NCBI GenBank assembly: GCA_042218325.1
Contig: JBDGRE010000006.1
Location: 1 to 56,532, forward strand
Direction of reading: 5' to 3'
DNA length: 56,532 nt
Source of the DNA: Candidatus Nanohaloarchaea archaeon
GTDB lineage: Archaea > Nanohalarchaeota > Nanosalinia > Nanosalinales > Nanosalinaceae
Shown here piece by piece: positions 7,389 to 15,781 of the stretch (position 1 is its first letter; every line of letters begins with the position of its first letter). A program made the position numbers and the translations under genes. The notes beneath the pieces are model-generated. The model did no database searches and was not told the DNA's origin. It saw nothing but the letters and a program-made list of their open reading frames with translations.

Positions 7389-9528
7389 TCTTTTTCACCC
7401 TGTACTGCTCCTGATCTCCCTCTTTACGTGTTTCGAAGGCGTCGTTTCCGTGGATAGCGTCGAGAACCTCTACCTTGTCATACTCTTCAGCGAGATACTG
7501 AGCGTTCTTGACGGGATTCCAGCCGTCGCCTTGGGATGCTTTGTGGATAGTTTTGGCTGGTTCTGTTGCCGGAGTTAAATCGTCATCAGAAAGCTGCGTT
7601 CCTTCATCCTTACCATTTGGAAAACACGAACTTTGTCGGATTCGTGTAAAAGAAGGATTTTGGACAAATTTCCAGCGGTCTAACTCCCATATCTCTTCTT
7701 CAGATAATACTTGAATGCTGGAATTCCCTACGGAAGACAAGATTTCCTCCAGATCACTATCGAACAGTTCATGTAAGATTTCGAACTCCTCTGTGCTGTC
7801 ATCGGCGATTATGTCTCTTCCTTCGACTATTTCCTGTATTTCGAGTTTCTCCAGAATCTCTTTTATTGCGTCTTCGGACTTTTCAGAGCTTAAACACTCT
7901 TCAAAAGTAGGAATATGTATTTTTTCGTGCTTTTCAGCCTCGCTTAACTTGTATATTCTCTTTCTTCCATCGGAAGGATGGTAGTCTTTATCCAAGTACC
8001 CGTCCTCTACCAGGTTATTCAGGTATTTTCTTGCTGTGCTTTCAGCGTTATTGGTGTAGCTGGCGACTACTCTGGGCGTTACTCCTTCTATCTCTGTCTC
8101 TTCGTCGGCAAAAGGCGACTCTTTCTCACGGACTGCTTCAAGCGTGTCTTCGAGGTGTGAGTCGAGGTCTGTTACTGTAAGCGAGAAGCTTTCCTGAATC
8201 AAGTTTCGGACTGATTCGTAGTCCTCAGGAGTGGAAAGAACAGCCTCTCTATCATTTAATTTGACAACAGGGCGGTTATACTGGTTCAGAAAGGTGTGAG
8301 CCTTGATGAATGCCAGTATTTTCTTGAAGTCTCTACGCATCCTGACTGTATGTGCGGGCAGATTCTCTGCGAGTAACAGGCTGTATGGGTTGATGACATT
8401 CCGTATCCCTTCATCTCTCAGCAATCTTATTGCGTCTTTTACTCTGGTTTCTCCCTGGCTTTCTACATCGACCTCAAGCTCGTTCTGTGCCTCGTGTCTC
8501 AGTATTCGCCGTGTTTGTTGCTCTGATTCATCTATTTCGGTCTTCCAAGTTCTGGTCTCAAATTCGTGGTCAAGCTGTAGTTGTGTTGAAGCTGTCTGGA
8601 ATACTGGTTTTCCTGATGCTTCGAGGTCTCTTGGCTTTATCTCTCCTGCTCCTGTATCGACTATGCCTGCACTGATTCCGTCCTGATCTCCTGATAGCAG
8701 TGGTCGAAGACTTACTATAGCATCTTCCGCTCCTTCGAACTCTTGAACTTCAATTATTTTCCCGTCCAAGTCCTGGCCTTGAAGCTTGTATTCGAAGTAT
8801 GTTGCGGAGACTCTGGTTTTTCTCAGGGCGAACATTTCTTCCGGGAAGAAGTCGCTGACGGTGTTCATTACATGGCTTTTTCCGCCTCCGGAAGCTCCTT
8901 TGCTGCGGTAGTGTACCTTGTCTTCAAGGAGTGCTGTAAGTTTGGATAGGAAGCACAGTTGTCGGTTTTCTTCCTCTCCGACGATTTCTTCTCCTAGTTT
9001 CTGATTGACTTCTTCGTGAACCTGGTTTCGGTTGAGGAATTTGAGTGCTTTCTCTCTTCTCTCGCCTTCTATCTTCTTCTTTTCTTCTTTCTGTTCTGTT
9101 GTTTCTGTCTGGTTTTCTATGGTGGCGAGGTCTTCCTCCATGTCTCCTACGCCGACTTCCGGCAGACCTTCCTTTTCTTTAGCTGTTTTCTTGATCTGCT
9201 TGAGGAACGCCTTCTGCTGTGTAGAAGTTATGTCAGCCGAGGCAATTTCCTGGAGAACATCCTCTATATCCTGAACACCTTCTATATCTTCGATTTTCTG
9301 CTCAATTACCTGTCGTTCGTGTTGTTTCAGTGTTTGCTGAACTTCGTGGACGTAGTCTGTTATGAGGGTTGATTCTTCTGTGAATTTTTCTCGCCATTCG
9401 AGGAACTGGTCAGAGCCGACTGCCTGTCTTGCAGGTGTTGTCTTTATCTGTTGTTTGAGTTCTTCATTTTCTGCCTCTTCTGAGTATCTGTCTCTGAGTT
9501 CTTGGAGTTTCTTCTGGTATTCCTTCAT
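7381..9528 (-). CDS. AAA+ (MCM-like) replication helicase with wHTH
   Basis: IVGEEEN, Walker A GASGGGKS, Walker B IEVQE, EFETR, RMRRDF; wHTH STARKYLNNLVEDGYL. Confidence 0.75.
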   Translation of the reverse strand: MKEYQKKLQELRDRYSEEAENEELKQQIKTTPARQAVGSDQFLEWREKFTEESTLITDYVHEVQQTLKQHERQVIEQKIEDIEGVQDIEDVLQEIASADITSTQQKAFLKQIKKTAKEKEGLPEVGVGDMEEDLATIENQTETTEQKEEKKKIEGERREKALKFLNRNQVHEEVNQKLGEEIVGEEENRQLCFLSKLTALLEDKVHYRSKGASGGGKSHVMNTVSDFFPEEMFALRKTRVSATYFEYKLQGQDLDGKIIEVQEFEGAEDAIVSLRPLLSGDQDGISAGIVDTGAGEIKPRDLEASGKPVFQTASTQLQLDHEFETRTWKTEIDESEQQTRRILRHEAQNELEVDVESQGETRVKDAIRLLRDEGIRNVINPYSLLLAENLPAHTVRMRRDFKKILAFIKAHTFLNQYNRPVVKLNDREAVLSTPEDYESVRNLIQESFSLTVTDLDSHLEDTLEAVREKESPFADEETEIEGVTPRVVASYTNNAESTARKYLNNLVEDGYLDKDYHPSDGRKRIYKLSEAEKHEKIHIPTFEECLSSEKSEDAIKEILEKLEIQEIVEGRDIIADDSTEEFEILHELFDSDLEEILSSVGNSSIQVLSEEEIWELDRWKFVQNPSFTRIRQSSCFPNGKDEGTQLSDDDLTPATEPAKTIHKASQGDGWNPVKNAQYLAEEYDKVEVLDAIHGNDAFETRKEGDQEQYRVKKNG

Positions 9529-9827
9529 TCTTCCACCTCTCTCGGCTCTCTGCTTTTCTGAGGTAGTTTGTCTTCAAGCTGCTCTACCCTGTTCTGGGCG
9601 TGTTCGACCAGTTCTTTCACATCTTTCTGATAGTTAAGCCTGCCAGAAATCTGTTTGACTACTTGTCCCCAGTAGAGAGTGGTCATGGTCAGATGTGGAG
9701 GTTTATTGGCGTAGAGTCTGTAGACGAGTTCCCATTTGAATCTCTCGGTCGTTATTTCTACTACGAATCTCTGGCGGTATTGTCTTGACTTCTGCATCTT
9801 GCTGACAGCATCAATTATCTCTGCCAT
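9525..9827 (-). CDS. Hypothetical protein
   Basis: Start reassigned to MAEIIDAV (TAATG overlap, SD GGAGGTGA). Confidence 0.65.
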   Translation of the reverse strand: MAEIIDAVSKMQKSRQYRQRFVVEITTERFKWELVYRLYANKPPHLTMTTLYWGQVVKQISGRLNYQKDVKELVEHAQNRVEQLEDKLPQKSREPREVEE

Positions 9828-9994
9828 TAGAAACTCACCTCCTTCCAAACACTCTCCTGACCAAGAAATGGCTCTTCGTGGATGTGCTTCCAGAGTTGTC
9901 CACATTCTTGACACTTCCAGATGCTCTCAGTTTCGAATCTGCCAACATCTTCGAACTTCAGTTCTCCACCGCATTCACAGTTCTTTTCCGCCAT
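9827..9994 (-). CDS. Small zinc-ribbon protein (55 aa)
   Basis: Own translation MAEKNCECGGEL...WKCQECGQLW; TAATG overlaps at both ends. Confidence 0.75.
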   Translation of the reverse strand: MAEKNCECGGELKFEDVGRFETESIWKCQECGQLWKHIHEEPFLGQESVWKEVSF

Positions 9995-10251
9995 TACTTA
10001 CCGCCCTCCTTACTTTCTACGAAAGCTTTCGCTTGCTTCTTCGCTTCTTCCACTGTATTTATGTGGAGGAAGTAGATCGAACGGTGATACTCCACTTCTT
10101 CTGAGATTTTCAGAATCTGGAAGAGCGTGAAACCGTTCTGAGGAAGGAAGATGTTGAACTCGTAGAATGCATCTTCCAGAGCTACGGTCTGGTTCAGCTT
10201 CTTCCAAGTTCCGTTACTGTAGACACGGCAGTTAATGTCCACAGCAATCAC
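9994..10251 (-). CDS. Hypothetical protein
   Basis: 85-aa ORF in operon; start uncertain. Confidence 0.6.
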   Translation of the reverse strand: MIAVDINCRVYSNGTWKKLNQTVALEDAFYEFNIFLPQNGFTLFQILKISEEVEYHRSIYFLHINTVEEAKKQAKAFVESKEGGK

Positions 10252-10301
10252 CCTCAGAAGTTACCGAACTTTTAATAGAGGATATAGTGAGAAGTTCCAT
10301 G

Positions 10302-10832
10302 TTAGAGTTCACCTCTCTCCTTGGCGGGTTGGACGGTGCTCCCGGCGGACGTATTTTCGTCCGCCTTCTCTTCCACTTCCAGTTGATACACTTGGTCTGG
10401 TTCTCTACTGTTGAAGTGTTCAGGATGATCGGCGTTCTCCAAGTCTCTAACGCTGTAATGTTCGATTGTCTTCTCGTCAAGCTTGACGATGTAGAAATGG
10501 CTTATATCCAGATGTAGGTGCTCAGAGCCACAGATGCGGACTCCACATGTTACAGGACTGACGGAGCGTACTTCCTTCTGCTCCACTGGATCGGTTTCTA
10601 GCTCTTTCTCTTTTCTACGCTTGACGAAGTAAGTCCAGGTTGAAGTGAAGTTTTCCAAATCGTGTCTCGGCATCCACTGGAAATATTCCTGAAGTAGAGA
10701 GACTACATTCCAGGGGTAGCCGTTCCAGTGCTTATAGGTCAGAACTTCTTCTATTCTTCGCTCTGTCTCTTCTGTTTCCTGATTCTTCCAACTTCTTTCC
10801 TGCTGGAAGAGAATCTGGCATCTAGTTGCCAT
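10302..10832 (-). CDS. Hypothetical MGE protein (YxHWxGYP motif)
   Basis: MATRCQI...YKHWNGYP, a pattern recalled from phage/plasmid hypotheticals. Confidence 0.7.
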   Translation of the reverse strand: MATRCQILFQQERSWKNQETEETERRIEEVLTYKHWNGYPWNVVSLLQEYFQWMPRHDLENFTSTWTYFVKRRKEKELETDPVEQKEVRSVSPVTCGVRICGSEHLHLDISHFYIVKLDEKTIEHYSVRDLENADHPEHFNSREPDQVYQLEVEEKADENTSAGSTVQPAKERGEL

Positions 10833-11244
10833 TCTTTACCACCTTTTCTTGTAGTTCCTCCCAGTCGTTGAAACTGTAGTTTCTACCTCGGAGAAATTCT
10901 GTAATCGGTTCTCGGAGTTCCTGTCCAAGTTCTCTTACCTGTCTGTTCCTGTCATTACAGAAGGACTCGATCAACTTCAGGAACGCCTGAAGCTCATCTC
11001 CGATTTCAGGCCGTAGTTCCTCGGCGTCGCTGGCTTTCTGCCATCCGTTCTCGAAGCACTGGATGATATAGATTTTTGCTTCCTTCTTGCTGCATCCATC
11101 TTCACGGACTCTCTCGGCATACTTCTCTACTGTGCCTCTGAGCCAGTTCTTTTGACCTTCAGCCGAGTTAAGTGGGTTGCAGAACTCTTCACGACCTTTG
11201 CCATTTCCGTCCTCTTCCGTGTCGAAGAAGTTGTAGTTACTCAT
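10822..11244 (-). CDS. Hypothetical protein
   Basis: 140-aa acidic ORF in operon. Confidence 0.7.
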   Translation of the reverse strand: MSNYNFFDTEEDGNGKGREEFCNPLNSAEGQKNWLRGTVEKYAERVREDGCSKKEAKIYIIQCFENGWQKASDAEELRPEIGDELQAFLKLIESFCNDRNRQVRELGQELREPITEFLRGRNYSFNDWEELQEKVVKNGN

Positions 11245-11374
11245 CTGCCATCCCCCGTGCTTTCTGAACTTCTTCTCTGAGAATCGGGTTCTGTAGGTTC
11301 TGCACAGCTTCCTCGGAAGCTTTCAGAATTACTTCAAGGGCGTCTTCCAGTTTCTCCTCCTCTCTGTGTTTCAC
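11237..11374 (-). CDS. Small hypothetical protein (45 aa), probable first gene of the operon
   Basis: GTG start with SD GAGGTGG; MKHREEEKLEDALEVILKASEEAV... Confidence 0.55.
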   Translation of the reverse strand: MKHREEEKLEDALEVILKASEEAVQNLQNPILREEVQKARGMADE

Positions 11375-11472
11375 CGCAGACCACCTCTGAGGCAGGTATA
11401 GCCTGCTGCTGAGAGAAGTGTAAGCTGAAACCGACAGAAATAAAATATTGAGTCTACATTAGCCATTTGTAT

Positions 11473-11565
11473 CGCCTCGTTTTCCGTGATTCAATCCACA
11501 GCGGGGCGGCAGCGACGGCTGGTAGTTCCTTGGCGGGGGCACCAGTCGCCGCTTCACACTTTTTC
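11473..11565 (+). ncRNA. Candidate two-hairpin antisense RNA
   Basis: Stems 11473-11508 and 11512-11552 with six G-U pairs valid only on + strand; BRE/TATA-like CAGAAATAAAATAT upstream; T-run downstream. Confidence 0.5.
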
Positions 11566-11985
11566 AACTGATTTTCCTCGAAATTCTCGTGTATAGAGTT
11601 CACCGGTAAGCAAATCATCTTCACCATGGCATACATACCGAAGTTAAACATTAAATATTCGTTGCTCTTCATTCCTTACGTTAGGAGACTGTATGCCTGA
11701 GCAGACACACTCTTTTCAACTGTAAGAAAATGTAAGATAATACTGACACTATAAAAGCTCAAAAATTGGGATTTAGATTATAATCGAAGATTTAAGATTG
11801 CTTCAAACACGAAGACACTCTATTTTAGCTTCTTCAAAGTTCCAGAATTAAGAAAATGATACAGGCTTTCTCAAGAAAAAGCTGAGACAGATTCGTTGAG
11901 AATCTAAACACAAATTTAAGAATTTATGACGAACGATTGGTTACAAAACCTATTTCCCTATCCCGCATCGTATCAATAGTAAGGT

Positions 11986-12129
11986 TGCGGCGTCCGGGAT
12001 TTGAACCCGGGTCACCGGCTTGCTTCACCAACGAAGCTCACATCCGTTCGCTTCTGGGTCCTCGTTCTCCCAGAAGGGGAGAACTTGAGGTTTGGAAGGC
12101 CGGGGTCTTAGCCACTGGACCAACGCCGC
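11986..12129 (-). tRNA. tRNA-Gly(TCC) with a 72-nt intron at position 37/38; CCA not encoded
   Basis: Acceptor GCGGCGT/ACGCCGC, anticodon arm CCGGC-CTTCCA|A-GCCGG, T arm CCGGG-TTCAAAT-CCCGG. Confidence 0.95.
12021..12092 (-). other. Archaeal BHB tRNA intron
   Basis: Central helix CTTC/GAAG, two 3-nt CAA bulges, outer helix ACC/GGT. Confidence 0.92.
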
Positions 12130-12206
12130 GCTGTCGGTCTCTGGGACAAAGAAGGTTGCGGCTGTTATTTTCTTAAATAGCTCGGGCCCCTGGTGGCTGT
12201 CGAAGC

Positions 12207-12398
12207 TCAGATCTTGCTGAAGATGAAGCCCAGTGAGTCGACGGGGCCGCTGCAGTCGATATACTCCGGGTTTTCGCAGCAGTTCGTCTCCCTGGAGAGC
12301 TTGAGCGCGGCCCCCATGATCGCGTGTTTCATGGGCAGTATATCGCGGACGTGGGCCTCTCCACAGTTGTCGCACCTGAACTCTATCTCTGTCAACAT
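12207..12398 (-). CDS. Small CxxC...LPxKH...CC protein, paralog 1 (63 aa)
   Basis: FRCDNC..ILPMKH..CCENPEYID; start set by alignment with paralogs. Confidence 0.8.
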   Translation of the reverse strand: MLTEIEFRCDNCGEAHVRDILPMKHAIMGAALKLSRETNCCENPEYIDCSGPVDSLGFIFSKI

Positions 12399-12476
12399 AC
12401 TTCCCCTTCCCCGGTACAGCATTCCCCCCCCGCCTTTTGAGGGGATGTTGTAACCAGCCACAAACAAAAACGTTCT

Positions 12477-12665
12477 TCAGCCGTGGTAGAAGAAGCCGAG
12501 AGCGCCTGCGTGGCCGCTGCAGTCGACGTACTGCGGGTTGTCACAGCAGCCGGCTTCCCTGGTTATCTCGAGAGCGGCGCCCATGACGTTGTGCTTCGCC
12601 GGCAGAACGTCTTCCTTCCGGGTAGTTTCACAGTTCTCGCACCTGAAGACTATCTCCAACCCCAT
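12477..12665 (-). CDS. Small CxxC...LPxKH...CC protein, paralog 2 (62 aa)
   Basis: FRCENC..VLPAKH..CCDNPQYVD. Confidence 0.8.
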   Translation of the reverse strand: MGLEIVFRCENCETTRKEDVLPAKHNVMGAALEITREAGCCDNPQYVDCSGHAGALGFFYHG

Positions 12666-12777
12666 CCCCCGTTTATCTACTTGGTCTCCGATTTTTTCAT
12701 GCGATACTGTGGTGGAGTACATGTTTTCCGCGGCCGGCTGTCCAAGAGATTAAAGGATACGTGGTCAAACAGAGGGT

Positions 12778-13260
12778 ATGATGGAGGACGAGGAGTACGA
12801 GGACTATCTCGTGGACAAAGCCAAGGAGATACTGAACGAGGAGATCACGGAAACGGACGGGGAAGGCGTGGAAGCCCCGGATATCGAAGACAAGCCCGGT
12901 ACCACAGGCGAAAAACCCGCGGGCCTCGAGAAACGTAATCATCTGGACGAAAAGGCAGAGAAGGATTCGACCTCGAAGATACCGTACTCGTGGGACCCCC
13001 AGGAGGTCGAGTTCCTGACCCGTAACCGGGAGAGGATGAGCAACGAGGAGCTAAAGGAGTTCATGGAGCGCGACTCCGAGTTCCAGGAGAAGATGGACGA
13101 ACTCGACGAGTGGAACGGTTTCTCCCGGTGGGAGGAAAGACTTATGGTGCAGCAGCACTCGATGAAGACCTCTGAGGAAATCGCGGAGGAGCTCGACCGG
13201 GACCAGAGAGAGGTCGAGCTGAAGATGCATATGATGGGCCTGCTGAGCGACCAGGGGTAG
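12778..13260 (+). CDS. Hypothetical protein with Myb/SANT-like HTH repeats
   Basis: WDPQEVEFL and FSRWEERLM..EEIAEELDRDQREVELK. Confidence 0.65.
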   Translation: MMEDEEYEDYLVDKAKEILNEEITETDGEGVEAPDIEDKPGTTGEKPAGLEKRNHLDEKAEKDSTSKIPYSWDPQEVEFLTRNRERMSNEELKEFMERDSEFQEKMDELDEWNGFSRWEERLMVQQHSMKTSEEIAEELDRDQREVELKMHMMGLLSDQG

Positions 13261-13266
13261 TCCTCC

Positions 13267-14004
13267 ATGAACGACCGTAGAGAGGAAGCCCTGGAGAAGT
13301 CGAGGGAAGAACTGGCGGAGATAGACCGCAGCCGAGTCATAGTTAGAGCGGTCAGGCAGCTGGAACAGGCCGAGAAGAACCGGAGGAAGGAGATAGAGAG
13401 TTTCAGGGACTGGTACTCGCTGCACTTCCCGGAGTTTGAGCAGGAAATCGAAGACGACGAACAGCTCCTCGAGGTATTTTCTGGAGGAGCCGAGCGGGAC
13501 GAGCTCGACGCCTTCGAATCGCTCGCGGAAGACTCAAAGGGCGTGAAGCTTCCAGGCAAAGATATCGAGATGATAGAAAAGACTGTCGAGAAACTTTCTC
13601 GCGACCTCGAGTACCGGGACGAGCTGGAAGATTACATAGCCGAGATGTGCGAGGAGGAGATGCCGAACGTATCCGAGCTTCTCGGCCCCGTACTGGCCGC
13701 GAAACTCGTTTCACTGGCAGGCGACCTCGAAGACCTGGCGAAGAGCCCCGCGTCGACCATACAGATGCTCGGAGCGGAGAGCGCGCTCTTCCGCCACCTC
13801 TCTGGAGAGGGAAGCGCCCCGAAGCACGGCGTGCTTTTCGAGCACCGGTTCGTCCGTACGCTGCCGGAGGACGAGCGCGGCAAGATGGCCCGTTTCCTTG
13901 CGAACAAAGCCGCTATCGCGGCCCGGCTCGACTCCTACGGAGACAAGCAGAAAGGTGGGGAGCTGCGACAGGAAGCACAGGGAAAGTTCGAGGAGCTCAA
14001 GTGA
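13267..14004 (+). CDS. nop5: Nop5 (C/D box RNP), short form
   Basis: WYSLHFPE, MPNVSELLGP, PASTIQMLGAESALF, PKHG, RGKMAR. Confidence 0.92.
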   Translation: MNDRREEALEKSREELAEIDRSRVIVRAVRQLEQAEKNRRKEIESFRDWYSLHFPEFEQEIEDDEQLLEVFSGGAERDELDAFESLAEDSKGVKLPGKDIEMIEKTVEKLSRDLEYRDELEDYIAEMCEEEMPNVSELLGPVLAAKLVSLAGDLEDLAKSPASTIQMLGAESALFRHLSGEGSAPKHGVLFEHRFVRTLPEDERGKMARFLANKAAIAARLDSYGDKQKGGELRQEAQGKFEELK

Positions 14005-14005
14005 G

Positions 14006-14656
14006 ATGAAACAGGTACAGCCCGGCATCTTCCAGGAGAGCGAACGCCTTTTCACGAAGAACGCGACACCCGGCGACGAAGTTTACGAGGAGGAACTTGT
14101 CACACGCAGCGGCGAGGAGGTCCGGGAGTGGAAGCCCTCGCGCTCGAAGGCCGCGGCAGCGATAAAAAAAGGGGTCGAGCTGGGGATCGAGGAGGACGAC
14201 GAGATACTTTACCTTGGAGCGGCTTCAGGTACCACTGTTTCCCATTTCTCGGATATCGCCCGGTCCGGTTTCGTAGTGGCGGTGGAGTACTCGAAGGAAG
14301 TGGCCCGGGACCTCGTATCGCTGGCGGAGGAACGAGACAATATCGCGCCGGTGATAGCGGACGCACGGAAGCCAGGGGAGTACGAAAACCTGGTCAAGGA
14401 GGCGGATATCGTCTACCAGGACATCTCGCAGCGCGACCAGGCCGCGATACTGGCGAAGAACTGCGAAAAGTTTCTCAAGGACGATGGCGCCGCCCTGGTA
14501 GCGGTGAAGGCGCAGTCGATTTCCTCTACACGCGACCCGGGTGATATCTTCGAGGAGGTAAAGGAGGAACTCTTGAACAATTTCGAGATACTGGCGGAAG
14601 CGCGGCTGGAGCCATACGAGAAAGACCACCTGTTCCTGAAACTGGAAAGAAAATAA
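14006..14656 (+). CDS. flpA: Fibrillarin 2'-O-methyltransferase
   Basis: W.P.RSK, LYLGAASGTTVSHFSD, YQDISQ, LEPYEKDH; start reassigned to ATG 14006. Confidence 0.95.
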   Translation: MKQVQPGIFQESERLFTKNATPGDEVYEEELVTRSGEEVREWKPSRSKAAAAIKKGVELGIEEDDEILYLGAASGTTVSHFSDIARSGFVVAVEYSKEVARDLVSLAEERDNIAPVIADARKPGEYENLVKEADIVYQDISQRDQAAILAKNCEKFLKDDGAALVAVKAQSISSTRDPGDIFEEVKEELLNNFEILAEARLEPYEKDHLFLKLERK

Positions 14657-14676
14657 GAAGCGGAGACAGTCCTCCT

Positions 14677-14886
14677 TCAGGCCTTGAGGCCGGGTATGAA
14701 ATCCCTGAAGGACTGTCCTGCCATATTCCGTCGGTAACCTTCCGTGTCCTCGTACTCCGGTTCTTCGCAGCAGTCAGCATGCTTGTTGACTATCGGCAGC
14801 GTACCGAGTACAGTGTGTTTCCCGGGTAGCAGCTCTTTCTCGACTGTTTCCCCGCAGTTAAGGCACCGGAACTTTACGTTTTCCAT
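14677..14886 (-). CDS. Small CxxC...LPxKH...CC protein, paralog 3 (69 aa)
   Basis: FRCLNC..LLPGKH..CCEEPEYED. Confidence 0.8.
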   Translation of the reverse strand: MENVKFRCLNCGETVEKELLPGKHTVLGTLPIVNKHADCCEEPEYEDTEGYRRNMAGQSFRDFIPGLKA

Positions 14887-15014
14887 ATCCCCTCTCACCT
14901 CGTAACCATGTATTCCCGGGACTCGGTTTATAAAGAAGCGGAGGTCTTTCCGGGAATTCCGCTAACGGAGCCAATATTTAAATTGTGGCCGTCACCAGTC
15001 TCTACCGTGATAGT

Positions 15015-15158
15015 ATGACGAGATGGGAATGCCAGGACTGCGGTAACACTGTCGAGGCTCCGCAACAGCCGGAGCAGTGTCCTTGTGGCTCGGAGAACAT
15101 CGAAGAAGTCGAGGAGCAGGGCCTTCTCCAGTCCGTAAGAGAAAGACTCGGGATGTAA
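15015..15158 (+). CDS. Rubredoxin-like/zinc-ribbon microprotein (47 aa)
   Basis: Own translation MTRWECQDCG...PEQCPCGS; TATA-like TTTAAAT upstream. Confidence 0.75.
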   Translation: MTRWECQDCGNTVEAPQQPEQCPCGSENIEEVEEQGLLQSVRERLGM

Positions 15159-15197
15159 AGCCGGAAAGGATTTAAGACAGGTAGAGATATCAGGTAC

Positions 15198-15781
15198 GTG
15201 GGGGAGGCAGGCTTACCATGGGTCTCGGAGAGGTACAGGAACCTTTCTATAAAAGTAGACCGGTCGGTATACGAATACAGCGGGGAGACCCTCCATGGTT
15301 CTATAGTTTACGGAATCGGCAAGGAACTTGAGGGGCCCCGCTCGGAGTTCAACGATATTTTTCGTATAGACGACCTTAACCGTATCCTGCCCGAGGGCCA
15401 TTATCCCCAGAAACTACCGGGTCCGGTCGAGGACTGGGCTCTTACAGACTCCGATGGAAAACTCTGTATCGGCCAGTCGGTTCGAAAGATAGCAAGGACG
15501 AGGTGCCTTTCATAGACGTCCGCAGGGATTTCCAGCAGGCGAGACATTTCGAACACCAGATAAAGCCATACCAGGGGGTCTATGACAGGTTAACAGGAGT
15601 GTTCGTCGTAAACGTAGAGGAAAAGATACCCGACGAGAAAGCCTACCGCGCAGAGAAGGAGCAAGAGATACTTGAAGACGGTGAAACGGATATCTCGATA
15701 GCAGTGACACGGCTGGAACCTTCCGACCGCGACCCCTTGCAGAAAGGCGCGAACGGCCTCGGCCACTTGATGGGGGATTAA
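15198..15781 (+). pseudogene. Probably one frameshifted orphan gene (two track ORFs)
   Basis: Second frame is open upstream of its GTG (KDSKDEVPF) while the first ORF's tail loses acidic character. Confidence 0.45.

Larger units (their letters stand above)
1..11985. mobile_element. Integrated element (provirus/plasmid-like) at the tRNA-Gly 3' end; left boundary outside window
   Basis: Abrupt composition and codon-usage shift at the tRNA 3' end; dense leftward operon of small hypotheticals, DUF4326-like gene and AAA+ helicase; no integrase or second att copy seen. Confidence 0.8.

Noticed and set aside
11454-11672. 72-aa minus-strand ORF in the element leader
   Set aside because: Atypical composition, no clear SD, and it overlaps the structured RNA candidate.
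11690-11985. Integrase remnant or arm sites next to the tRNA
   Set aside because: No ORF with recombinase motifs; the short repeats (TGTAAGA twice, TTCTCAA/TTGAGAA) are too weak in AT-rich DNA.
11937-12375. Track ORFs overlapping the tRNA
   Set aside because: The region is fully explained by tRNA-Gly with its intron and paralog 1.
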